DNA of 64,000 nt from Lentisphaerae bacterium GWF2_50_93. Lineage in GTDB: Bacteria > Verrucomicrobiota > Lentisphaeria > Victivallales > GWF2-50-93. A program made the translations under genes and the position numbers. The notes below the pieces were generated by a model. It did not search any database, was not told the origin of the DNA, and saw only the letters and a list, made by a program, of their open reading frames with translations. Where the stretch lies: NCBI GenBank assembly GCA_001804815.1, contig MHBI01000101.1, positions 44,791-108,790 on the forward strand. Reading direction: 5' to 3'. Below, one piece after another: positions 39,696-48,086 of this stretch. The number at the start of each line of letters is the position of its first letter. Position 1 is the stretch's first letter.

Positions 39696-41999
39696 TTATT
39701 TCAAGCTCCTTGCTGCCGCAATCATGTCTTCGACGGACGGCAGGAATGCCTTCTCGAGCGAATACGCCTGCGGGGCTATTCCGTTCTTCGCGCCGACTTT
39801 CACGACAGGAGCATCAAGGTGGTCGAAGCAGTTTGCGGTAACCTGCGCGACGATCTCACCGGTAAAGCTTCCAATGTCGACACACTGGCTTATCGCCACA
39901 CAGCGTCCGGTCTTCCTTACGGATTCAAAGACAGTCTGCCAGTCGAATGGAACAAGCGTCCTGGGATCAATGATTTCTACACTGATGCCTTCTTCCTCAA
40001 GCTTGCTGGCTGCCTTGATCGCATCGACCACTGCCGGCCCCCAGACAACGAACGTCACGTCCTTGCCTTCCTTTACGATCTTCGCCTGCCCGAACGGAAT
40101 GAAATATTCCTCTTCCGGCACAACATCCTTGTTTCCATATAGGAGCTGGCCTTCTACGAACACTACGGGGTTGTCGTCGCGGATCGCAGTCTTGATGAGC
40201 CCCTTCGCATCATATGCGTTTGAAGGGTAGGCTACATATGTGCCGGGGATGTGGCAGAACATCGATTCAAGCGACTGCGAGTGCTGTCCGCCGTATCCCT
40301 TGCCACCGCCTACACTGCAGCGGATGACCATCGGGACTTTCACGTTGCCACCGGTCATGTAATGCCATTTGGCGGCCTGGTTGGAGATCTGGTCGGAAGC
40401 CATGAGCGCAAAATCCATGTACATCAGTTCGACGACCGGACGATATCCAGTCATCGCCATTCCAACACCGGTTCCGCATATGCATGCCTCTGAAATAGGA
40501 GTGTTGAATACGCGGCCTCGGCCGAAATATTCAAGGAACCCCTTGCTGAGCTTGAACGCACCGCCGTAGTCGGCAACATCCTCGCCGTACACGACGACAC
40601 GCGCATCACGCTCCATTTCCTCAAGGATTCCTTCCTTGATGGCGTCGCGGTAGTTGACCCTGCCCTCGGCATCACGCTTCACTGACGGACGTGCGCCCTT
40701 CTTATCCAGCTTCTGATAAACTGAAGGGACTTTTTCGCATGTGGTGTCAGCATACATATATTTGATGACGTCCTTCGGATCAGGATCGGCGGAATCAACA
40801 GCCTGGCGCGCGGCCTTTGCATTCCTGTCGCTGACCTTCTTCTCGAGACCGGCGAGGACATCTTCCTTGAATACGCCTTCATCCAACAGGCGTTTCCTGA
40901 ATGCCGTCACCGGATCAACCTTCTTCCATCTTTCCTCCTCGTCCTTCGTCCTGTACTCATTGCGCGGATCGGAAAGTGAATGTCCATAGTAGCGGTATGT
41001 ATCGAACTCAAGAAGGACAGGACCTTTCCCCTCGGCTATGATCTTCTTTGCCCTGGCGATAGCTTCGCGGACTGCCATGACATCCATGCCGTTCACGACT
41101 TCGGCGTGCATGTTGTCGTTGTCAAAACCGGCGGCCCTTCTTGCAAGACAGTCGACTCCGGTGACTTCACCGTCAGCGCGGCCAGTCATGCCGAAATGGT
41201 TGTTGATGATGCAGTATATGATAGGAAGTCCGAAATTTATGCTTGAGAGCTTCTTGTTCGTGAACTGGTCCTGAGCGGCCCAGTTGAGGGATTCGAGGAC
41301 GACGCCGTTGGCGTATGCCCCATCACCTGCGAAACAGCAGACGACCTTGCCCTTTTTATCCTTGTCGATGTCTATGCGCGAGGTCATCGCAGCTCCGGTC
41401 GCGATTGGAACTCCGCCGCCGACGATTGCGTTTGCGCCGAGATGTCCAACCCTGAAGTCGAAGATGTGCATGCCGCCGCCCCTGCCCTTGCCATAACCTG
41501 CTTCCTTGCCGAAAAGTTCTGCGATCGTGCGGAACACATGATCCTGCATCACGGCTTCAAGGAGAGCCTCGCCTGCGAGATTCGCAAATTCCGGACAGCG
41601 TTCCCTGAGTTCCTTTTCGCTCATCTTGCGGATCGCGAAATATCCCTTTGAGATCGAGTCGCCATGCCCGCGGTGCGTCGAGGTGATGTAGTCGGATATG
41701 TTAAGTATCGAACATGCTCCGGCGCAGGTGGCCTCCTGTCCGATCGAAAGATGCGTCGGACCGCGGTACTCGTAGTCCTTGATGCATTCATATGCGCCGG
41801 TGCGCAGCTTGAGGATCATTTCCTCGAACTCGCGGACGACCAGCATGCATTCGTAAAGCTCAAGAATGTCCTCTTTCCTGACGGCGCCATCCTTCAGGTC
41901 ATCCTTGATCATCCTGTTATACGCATAGCCTTCGATAGGCTGGAGCTTGTACGTGCGTTTTTTGAAATCCGGACCCAGATCGCTGTAATAGTTGCCCAT
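39696..41999 (-). CDS. 2-oxoacid dehydrogenase E1 component, fused alpha and beta subunits (TPP-dependent)
   Basis: 767 aa. The N-terminal half is E1-alpha-like ('GPTHLSIGQEA', 'FAGDGAYANG'). The C-terminal half is transketolase-like E1-beta ('FNTPISEACICGTGVGMA'). Confidence 0.9.
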   Translation of the reverse strand: MGNYYSDLGPDFKKRTYKLQPIEGYAYNRMIKDDLKDGAVRKEDILELYECMLVVREFEEMILKLRTGAYECIKDYEYRGPTHLSIGQEATCAGACSILNISDYITSTHRGHGDSISKGYFAIRKMSEKELRERCPEFANLAGEALLEAVMQDHVFRTIAELFGKEAGYGKGRGGGMHIFDFRVGHLGANAIVGGGVPIATGAAMTSRIDIDKDKKGKVVCCFAGDGAYANGVVLESLNWAAQDQFTNKKLSSINFGLPIIYCIINNHFGMTGRADGEVTGVDCLARRAAGFDNDNMHAEVVNGMDVMAVREAIARAKKIIAEGKGPVLLEFDTYRYYGHSLSDPRNEYRTKDEEERWKKVDPVTAFRKRLLDEGVFKEDVLAGLEKKVSDRNAKAARQAVDSADPDPKDVIKYMYADTTCEKVPSVYQKLDKKGARPSVKRDAEGRVNYRDAIKEGILEEMERDARVVVYGEDVADYGGAFKLSKGFLEYFGRGRVFNTPISEACICGTGVGMAMTGYRPVVELMYMDFALMASDQISNQAAKWHYMTGGNVKVPMVIRCSVGGGKGYGGQHSQSLESMFCHIPGTYVAYPSNAYDAKGLIKTAIRDDNPVVFVEGQLLYGNKDVVPEEEYFIPFGQAKIVKEGKDVTFVVWGPAVVDAIKAASKLEEEGISVEIIDPRTLVPFDWQTVFESVRKTGRCVAISQCVDIGSFTGEIVAQVTANCFDHLDAPVVKVGAKNGIAPQAYSLEKAFLPSVEDMIAAARSLK

Positions 42000-42170
42000 T
42001 TTCTTCTTTCTCCTTTAATGTGGCCGAGATACCATGCGGCAATTCCGCGATGAACCCCATGCCAAACCTTTATTTAATTTTATTGATTATATCAGCACAT
42101 GCCTTGCGGCATTAAGTACCAACAAAACTCACACAACTAAAGTTGTGAACTCCTACATTCCCCATTCTTA

Positions 42171-42201
42171 CTGTTCGTAGTCAAGCTCGCAAGAGCTGTT
42201 C
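42171..42201 (+). repeat. GTAG-hairpin repeat, copy B
   Basis: CTGTTCGTAGTCA, then AGCTC-GCAA-GAGCT, then GTTC. Confidence 0.6.
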
Positions 42202-42217
42202 TTCTTCTCAGTTTCAT

Positions 42218-42994
42218 TCAAACGAGCAAATCAATACCATTCTTCCTCAGATCCCTGGCAATAGCTGAAGGAACGCCAGAATCAGTGATCACCACATCTA
42301 TATCTGACAGAGCACCGCTGACGGCAAAGGATTTCTTGCCCAATTTGGAGCTGTCGGCCAGCAGAATTGCCTTGCCTGCCCTCTTCAGGATCAGCTCCTT
42401 TGTGAAAGCCTCGTCAGCGTCAGTAGTTGAGATACCGTCTTCAATTGTAAACCCAATGGTTCCGAGAAAGGCCTTGTCGACATGCAATGTTTCAATGATC
42501 TTCGAGGTGAGCGGACCGACAAGGGTCCTGCTGAGCGGACGGAATTTCCCGCCGACGATTATCAGGTCGTGTCCGCTTTCCATGAGTTCTGCGGCTGCCA
42601 TGAGCGAGTTGGTGACAACTGTCAGGCCTTTCTTTGCGCCAAGCATTTTTGCCAGTGCCAGAACCGTGCTTCCGCCGTCGAGAAAGATTGTGTCCTTGTC
42701 GTTTATGAGGTCAAGTGCGAGTTTCGCAATCCGCTCCTTCTCTTCCGGCTTTATGGATTCCTTTTCCTTGAAGACCGGCTCGTGTTCAGAGAATTTCACC
42801 CTGACCGCCCCACCATGCACCCTCTTGACCTTGCCCTGCTCCTCAAGCGAGAGCAGGTCGCGCCTGACAGTAGCTTCAGAAACACCCAGCGTCAGACTCA
42901 GTTCCGTAATGGTCTTAGCTTCCTCACCAAGCCTGGCTAGGATTATCTCTTCTCTTTCGGGCGTCAAAAGTTTTCTTTTTGAATCCATAATCAC
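42218..42994 (-). CDS. DeoR/GlpR-family transcriptional regulator
   Basis: 258 aa with the HTH 'ITELSLTLGVSEATVRRDLLSLEEQG' and a DeoR-C sugar-phosphate-binding-like domain. Confidence 0.9.
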   Translation of the reverse strand: MIMDSKRKLLTPEREEIILARLGEEAKTITELSLTLGVSEATVRRDLLSLEEQGKVKRVHGGAVRVKFSEHEPVFKEKESIKPEEKERIAKLALDLINDKDTIFLDGGSTVLALAKMLGAKKGLTVVTNSLMAAAELMESGHDLIIVGGKFRPLSRTLVGPLTSKIIETLHVDKAFLGTIGFTIEDGISTTDADEAFTKELILKRAGKAILLADSSKLGKKSFAVSGALSDIDVVITDSGVPSAIARDLRKNGIDLLV

Positions 42995-43020
42995 GGAACA
43001 ATGTCCAGATTTTATTTATT

Positions 43021-43059
43021 TTGCAATATTATGACATGTTATGCAATTATTTGCAATAT
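43021..43059. promoter_or_regulatory. Direct repeats TTGCAATAT (twice, 30 nt apart) plus ATGCAATTA upstream of the DeoR gene; candidate operator
   Basis: TTGCAATAT at 43021 and 43051, and ATGCAATTA at 43041. Confidence 0.3.
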
Positions 43060-43084
43060 CTATTTTTCAAAAAGTGAAACTTTC

Positions 43085-43113
43085 TTGAAAAGAAAATATT
43101 ATGAGCATATAAT
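43085..43113 (+). promoter_or_regulatory. Sigma70-type promoter of the phd-vapC pair, with a palindrome over the -35 element
   Basis: TTGAAA (43085), a 17-nt spacer, then TATAAT (43108). The palindrome TTTCTT-GAA-AAGAAA at 43081-43095 overlaps the -35 element. Confidence 0.55.
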
Positions 43114-43141
43114 ATGTACACAATAATAAAAGAGGTGAATC

Positions 43142-43378
43142 TTGAAGCAGCTGAGCGTAAGAGAGGCAAGAGCACAGTTCTGTACGCTGATCGATGCGGT
43201 TTCGCATGGCGAAACTGTTGTCATCACACGGCATGGCAGGAAAATTGCCGATCTACTGCCTTTTCACAAAGCCAAAAAGAAACTTCCCTCAATGAAGAAA
43301 TTCCGAGAGAGCATTAAAATTAATGGAGAGCCATTGAGCAGAACTGTAATGAAACAACGCGACGAGGAGAGGTTCTGA
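43142..43378 (+). CDS. Phd/YefM-family antitoxin
   Basis: 78 aa with a TTG start after the RBS AAAGAGG. 'LSVREARAQFCTLIDAVSHGETVVITRHGRKIADLLPF'. Confidence 0.8.
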   Translation: MKQLSVREARAQFCTLIDAVSHGETVVITRHGRKIADLLPFHKAKKKLPSMKKFRESIKINGEPLSRTVMKQRDEERF

Positions 43379-43380
43379 GC

Positions 43381-43800
43381 ATGTTTTACGCGGATACCTC
43401 AATAGTTGTCGCCTATTATTGCGCTGAAGAGAAAAGTTCTGAGGTTGAAAAGCTCATCGTTGGTTCTGAAGATATCGCGATAAGCATGCTTGCAGAAGTT
43501 GAATTCTATTCCGCACTGTCACGCAAGGTCAGGGAGAGGACTGTCACGGCAAAAGACGCCCGTAGAATATCCTCGCAGTTTGAACTTCATTTGAATGGGG
43601 ATTATTTCACCATCCTGCAGCTTGAATCATCTCATTATGCCATTGCAAGAAACTGGATTTCAAATTTTGACAACAGCCTTAGGCCCCTTGATGCTCTACA
43701 TCTCGCAATCGCATTCTCCAATAACATTCCAATCGCCACATCCGACAAGACTCTTGCGAAATCCGCGGACATGCTGGGTGTCGGCTCAATTCCCATATGA
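43381..43800 (+). CDS. vapC: PIN-domain toxin (VapC-type)
   Basis: 139 aa with 'MFYADTSIVVAYY', 'AEVEFYSAL', 'LDALHLAIA' and 'IATSDKTL'. It starts 2 nt after the antitoxin stop. Confidence 0.85.
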   Translation: MFYADTSIVVAYYCAEEKSSEVEKLIVGSEDIAISMLAEVEFYSALSRKVRERTVTAKDARRISSQFELHLNGDYFTILQLESSHYAIARNWISNFDNSLRPLDALHLAIAFSNNIPIATSDKTLAKSADMLGVGSIPI

Positions 43801-43918
43801 TATCGAGCAGGAGGGGAGACATAACTCCCCGTCCTCTCACGCCACCGGGACATACGGATCCGTATCCGGCGGTTCCTTAAATTGTTCTCTTTAGTCTTTG
43901 GTCCAGCAAGGACACCAA

Positions 43919-44626
43919 TTAGAATTTGATGTTGAAGATTATTGTGAACGGAAGAGGACTGTCCTCTATGATATTGAAAAGTCCTAACTGGCAGCCGTTC
44001 TTCTTGCTGTAGTTCACTACGCCAATCTGGGCGCCCTTGAGCTCATCATTGGCAAAATTTACTGCACTTACCTGGGCCCCGATGACCATCCCGGAAACGT
44101 TTACAGCACTTATCTGGCCACCAACGACCTTTTCAGAAACGTTTACGGCGCTTATCTGGAATCCGGCCATGCTCTTTGCGATATTCGCAACTCCGAGTCC
44201 ACAACCTAGCAGGTCGTCGGCGAGATTGAACATACCGCTCAACTGGAGGCCGTGTACCGTCTTTGCGATCGTCGGACCAACACAGGCGGTCTGGACACCA
44301 AGTATTTCCTGGCCGATGGAAGGGCCGACCAATGTCGCCTGGACGCCTTTGACGTAATCTGTGCCACTGTAAAAAAGCGAAGGCTCAACACCGCCCACCC
44401 GGCCATATCCATCCACCATGGGAAATCCCAGCTTCAACCCGCAGACATTGGAGTTTTTTGTGCTCTCGGGAACTCCCGGAAAGAAACCAATCTGGAAGAA
44501 CGTCCATTGATCAAGCGGCTTTTTCTCCGGCTGCGCCGCAGGCGCGGCCGCTTTGACCTGCCCTTGTGCGGAAACCAGAACGGCGCCGCAGAAGAAAACA
44601 GCAATCACCAACATCAGTTTTTTCAT
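43919..44626 (-). CDS. Secreted repeat protein with tandem G-x-Q-[ILV]-[SG]-x-V-N units
   Basis: RBS GGAGG precedes the ATG at 44626, and a signal peptide is present. The repeats include 'GFQISAVNVSEKVVGGQISAVNVSGMVIGAQVSAVNFANDELKGAQIGVVNY'. The 556-aa ORF in the track is an antisense 5' extension. Confidence 0.6.
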   Translation of the reverse strand: MKKLMLVIAVFFCGAVLVSAQGQVKAAAPAAQPEKKPLDQWTFFQIGFFPGVPESTKNSNVCGLKLGFPMVDGYGRVGGVEPSLFYSGTDYVKGVQATLVGPSIGQEILGVQTACVGPTIAKTVHGLQLSGMFNLADDLLGCGLGVANIAKSMAGFQISAVNVSEKVVGGQISAVNVSGMVIGAQVSAVNFANDELKGAQIGVVNYSKKNGCQLGLFNIIEDSPLPFTIIFNIKF

Positions 44627-44781
44627 ATTACAGGCCTCCCCTTTCCTTCGTTGTTTCAATGATGGGAATCTGCCATGAATTCCACTTTTTTCAAGTCGTA
44701 AACCAAAGATGGAATGCATGCGTCCAAATGATTTCCAACGCTGCCATGCGTGCATGATTCCCATCAGCCGGACTTGACAAA

Positions 44782-44798
44782 GTATTATTTTGTAATAC
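44782..44798. promoter_or_regulatory. Palindrome GTATTA-N5-TAATAC next to TTGACA (44774), upstream of the RHH gene; candidate operator
   Basis: Perfect 6-5-6 inverted repeat lying 31 nt upstream of the ATG at 44829. Confidence 0.35.
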
Positions 44799-44828
44799 CG
44801 TAATAAAAAAAACGAGGAGATTCTTTTC

Positions 44829-45137
44829 ATGGCGAAGAAAGACGTAGTAATGACGTTCAAGGTGGACGGCCCCCTCCTCGAAGCGCTCAACAGCGTGCCC
44901 AACCGCTCTGAATTCATCAGGTCGGCGATACTTTCAGCGCTGAACAACATCTGCCCCCTGTGCGGAGGGACCGGGATATTCACCCCCGACCAGCGGAAGC
45001 ACTGGGATTCATTCAACAAGAGCCATGCCATCGAACAGTGCCACGACTGCCATGCGACACATATCGTATGCAAGGGTGACAGGAAGACAAACAACCATCC
45101 TAAAAGCCAAAGGACAGGGAGTGTTTCAGGAAAATGA
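44829..45137 (+). CDS. Ribbon-helix-helix (CopG/NikR-like) protein with a C-terminal Cys/His cluster
   Basis: 102 aa. 'VVMTFKVDGPLLEALNSVPNRSEFIRSAILSAL' fits an RHH fold, followed by 'CPLCGGTG...CHDCHATHIVC'. A 4-nt ATGA overlap links it to the downstream substrate-binding-protein gene. Confidence 0.65.
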   Translation: MAKKDVVMTFKVDGPLLEALNSVPNRSEFIRSAILSALNNICPLCGGTGIFTPDQRKHWDSFNKSHAIEQCHDCHATHIVCKGDRKTNNHPKSQRTGSVSGK

Positions 45138-46051
45138 GCGGAGAAAATTGCAAAAGAAATCAGGTGTCTGGTGTCAGGTGCCAGAATGTACCCGGACTGA
45201 AAATATTCTTCTTGAGCCTGAGCCTGATCTTTTCCGGTTCCGTGTCCGGACAGGATCAGAAGACCAGGATAGTGACATCTTTCTATCCAATGTATATCGC
45301 CGTCCTGAATATTACGGAAAACATCGACGGCATCAGCGCAACGAACATGACCCGTCAGGTCAGCGGATGCCTGCACGACTACCAGCTCACCCCCGATGAT
45401 TTGAAGACCCTTTCCGGGACCGACATATTCGTCGTAAACGGCGCAGGCATGGAATCGTTCCTTGAGAAGGTGATCAAGTCGAAACCGGATCTGAAGATCG
45501 TATACGCCAGCGAGGGGATCGATCTGATCAAGACCGGGAATGAAGCCAATCCCCATGTCTGGGTGAGTGTCAGCCTCCATATAAGACAAGTGAAGAACAT
45601 TGCCGAGGGGCTTTCAAAGTACGATCCGAAGCACGCCGGGGGCTATAGGAGGAACGCTGATGCCTATGTTGGGAAACTCGAGCAGATGAGGGAGAAGATA
45701 TCCGCCTCGCTCAAGGATATGAAGAAGAGCGGCATCATAACCTTCCACGAAGCGTTCCCGTATTTCGCGAAGGAATTCGGTTTGAACATAGCCGCCGTAG
45801 TCGAACGCGAGCCGGGATCGGATCCTGACGCCCGGGAGATGGCACGTACCATCGACCTTATAAGGGAAACGAACGTGAAAGTGATTTTCATCGAACCTCA
45901 ATATTCGGCAAAAAGCGCGGAAACCATCGCCCGCGAGACGGGGGCCAGGCTTTATGTTCTGGATCCGGTTGTGACAGGACCGCTTTCGGCTGACGCCTAT
46001 TTGAAGATAATGGAGAAGAACCTTGAAACACTCAAGGAAGCGTTGAAATGA
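45134..46051 (+). CDS. Metal (Zn/Mn) ABC transporter substrate-binding protein, ZnuA/TroA family
   Basis: 305 aa with 'IVTSFYPMY', 'CLHDYQLTP', 'NPHVWVS' and 'ITFHEAFPYFAKEFGL'. Confidence 0.85.
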   Translation: MSGENCKRNQVSGVRCQNVPGLKIFFLSLSLIFSGSVSGQDQKTRIVTSFYPMYIAVLNITENIDGISATNMTRQVSGCLHDYQLTPDDLKTLSGTDIFVVNGAGMESFLEKVIKSKPDLKIVYASEGIDLIKTGNEANPHVWVSVSLHIRQVKNIAEGLSKYDPKHAGGYRRNADAYVGKLEQMREKISASLKDMKKSGIITFHEAFPYFAKEFGLNIAAVVEREPGSDPDAREMARTIDLIRETNVKVIFIEPQYSAKSAETIARETGARLYVLDPVVTGPLSADAYLKIMEKNLETLKEALK

Positions 46052-46944
46052 ATATGCCGTCTGAAAACAGCAGTCCGGGCGTCATCCATCCTCCGTGTGG
46101 GGGGTGCTGCACGCGTCTTGACGGTTTCGGTGTTTCAATAGGGGGAAGCACGATACTGAAGGACATCAACCTGCACGTCCACTGCGGGGAGCTCACCGCG
46201 ATCATCGGGCCCAACGGCGCAGGAAAGACCACCCTGCTCAGGGCGATGATTGGGGAGATCCCGCACAGGGGGGAACTCCATTTCGTACATTCGGACGGCT
46301 CCTCCTTTGGAAAGCCGAGAATTGGCTATGTTCCGCAGAAACTTGACATCGACAAGACGGCGCCTGTCAGCGTCCTTGATCTTTTCTTCTCCCTGAGTTC
46401 GCGGTATCCCCTATGGTTCGGACACATCTACGGGGCAAAGAAGAACGCCTTGAAGATGCTCAAGATGGTTGAAGCCGAGGAATACGCCAGCATGAAGATC
46501 TCCCAGCTTTCATGCGGACAGTTCCAGAGGGTGATGCTCGCCATGGCGCTGAGCCCCATCCCCGACCTGCTGCTCCTCGATGAACCGATCGCAGGAGTGG
46601 ACAAGGCCGGAATCGAAGTCTTCTACAGGATCGCATCCCGCATCAGGAGGGAGTACGACCTCTCGATCTTCCTGATTTCCCACGACATCGCGGAAGTTGC
46701 GAAGTTCGCAGACAGGATGATACTCCTGAACAGGACAATCCTCTGCGACGGCGCTCCTGAAAAAGTAATGGCTTCGCCTGAATTGAAACAGATATTCGGG
46801 TTTGATTATTCACCGCCCGCAAAAACACCTGAAAAGGAACTGCGGCTGATTGGAAGGCATGACTGTCCGACCTGCGGGAACTGCAGCGGAAAGAAAGCTG
46901 AGGACAGCAAACAGATGACGGAAGACTGGGGGGGGAAGTTCTAA
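46048..46944 (+). CDS. Metal ABC transporter ATPase (ZnuC-like) with a Cys-containing C-terminal tail
   Basis: Walker A 'GPNGAGKTT', signature 'LSCGQFQR' and Walker B 'LLLLDEP'. The extra roughly 45-aa tail carries 'HDCPTCGNC'. Confidence 0.9.
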   Translation: MNMPSENSSPGVIHPPCGGCCTRLDGFGVSIGGSTILKDINLHVHCGELTAIIGPNGAGKTTLLRAMIGEIPHRGELHFVHSDGSSFGKPRIGYVPQKLDIDKTAPVSVLDLFFSLSSRYPLWFGHIYGAKKNALKMLKMVEAEEYASMKISQLSCGQFQRVMLAMALSPIPDLLLLDEPIAGVDKAGIEVFYRIASRIRREYDLSIFLISHDIAEVAKFADRMILLNRTILCDGAPEKVMASPELKQIFGFDYSPPAKTPEKELRLIGRHDCPTCGNCSGKKAEDSKQMTEDWGGKF

Positions 46945-46959
46945 AGTTCTAAAGTTCTA
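46931..46959 (+). repeat. (AAGTTCTA)x3 tandem words preceded by a G-run, at the znuC stop
   Basis: 8-nt units at 46936, 46944 and 46952. GGAAGTTCTAAAGTT is identical to the reverse complement of 6090-6104. Confidence 0.85.
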
Positions 46960-47138
46960 CTGATCTAAATGTTTGTTAAGCCATTATTGGCTGTGCGTTT
47001 TTCTATAGGGAACCACGCAACAATCCTGATATTGATTTCAACGCTGAAAGCGTATACTGATAAAGCCTATGGGTTCAACCATAGGTACTATAAAAGAGAT
47101 TGTTCCGTCCTGAAGGGACGAAGCAAGAAAGGACATAT

Positions 47139-47966
47139 ATGGATTCAATATTCAACTTATCTTTCGAATGGATCCAGTATGATTTCATGCGGAACGCCCT
47201 GACTGCCATAATCCTGGTGTCGCCACTCTTCGCCCTTCTCGGATGCATGGTCATCAACAACCAGATGACGTTCTTCTCGGAAGCCCTTGGCCATGCCGCC
47301 CTCACCGGCATAGCGATTGGCGCCGTCGCCGGGCTTGCCGATCCCACTTGGCCGATGATCATATTTGCAACGTTCCTCACAGGAATCATAACGCTCCTCC
47401 GCAAATACAGCGCGGCATCAACCGACACGATAGTCGGACTTGTCATGGCTTTCAGCGTAGCGCTTGGAATAGTGATCCTCTCAAAATACGGAGGGATAAA
47501 CAAATATTCCAAATTCCTCGTCGGCGACATTCTCACTATAACAACCGGAGAGACCATAAGGCTTGCAATAACCCTCGGCGTCGTCCTCCTCCTCTGGATA
47601 TTGTATTTCAACAAGCTGTTCCTGGTAAGCCTGAACCGTTCCCTGGCACAGAGCCGCGGCATAAACGTCTGGCTTGTGGAATTCATATTTTCGCTTACGG
47701 TCGCGCTGGTGGTGACGGTCAGCATCCAGTGGATAGGGCTTCTTGTGATAAATTCCATGCTCATCCTGCCTGCCGCCGCCGCCAGGAACATTGCCAGGAA
47801 CATTTCAAGCTATACCCTGATCGCCGTCGGAATCAGCCTCGTGTCCGGAATTTCAGGCCTTATAAGTTCATATTACTGCGGGACTGCGACAGGCGCCACG
47901 ATCGTGCTGATCTCGATGGGCTTCTTCATACTGTCGCTGATCTGGAGGATTAGGAAGGGGAGATAG
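47139..47966 (+). CDS. Metal ABC transporter permease (ZnuB / ABC-3 family)
   Basis: Polytopic membrane protein. 'FMRNALTAIILVSPLFALLGCMVINNQMTFFSEALGHAAL' is typical of ABC-3 permeases. The start is placed at ATG 47139. Confidence 0.9.
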   Translation: MDSIFNLSFEWIQYDFMRNALTAIILVSPLFALLGCMVINNQMTFFSEALGHAALTGIAIGAVAGLADPTWPMIIFATFLTGIITLLRKYSAASTDTIVGLVMAFSVALGIVILSKYGGINKYSKFLVGDILTITTGETIRLAITLGVVLLLWILYFNKLFLVSLNRSLAQSRGINVWLVEFIFSLTVALVVTVSIQWIGLLVINSMLILPAAAARNIARNISSYTLIAVGISLVSGISGLISSYYCGTATGATIVLISMGFFILSLIWRIRKGR

Positions 47967-47986
47967 GGAGAACACGATTTTCGATA

Positions 47987-48059
47987 TTTGATGCTGGATG
48001 CCTGATGCTGGATTTGAGGGGATTTTATAAAATCCAAATGCCAGATTCCAGTATCAATC
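47987..48059. repeat. Imperfect long hairpin built from TGATGCTGGAT direct repeats (14-nt period) around a perfect 16-nt palindrome
   Basis: TGATGCTGGAT at 47989 and 48003; GGATTTTATAAAATCC at 48020-48035; 8 further pairs outside it. It lies between convergent genes. Confidence 0.7.
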
Positions 48060-48086
48060 TACAAGTATCGAATTCCGATTCGGAAA

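Noticed and set aside
43919-45589. 556-aa minus-strand ORF in the track.
   Set aside because: Only the last 235 codons (43919-44626) have an RBS (GGAGG), a signal peptide and repeat-protein character. The upstream 320 codons are antisense to the well-supported RHH and substrate-binding-protein genes.
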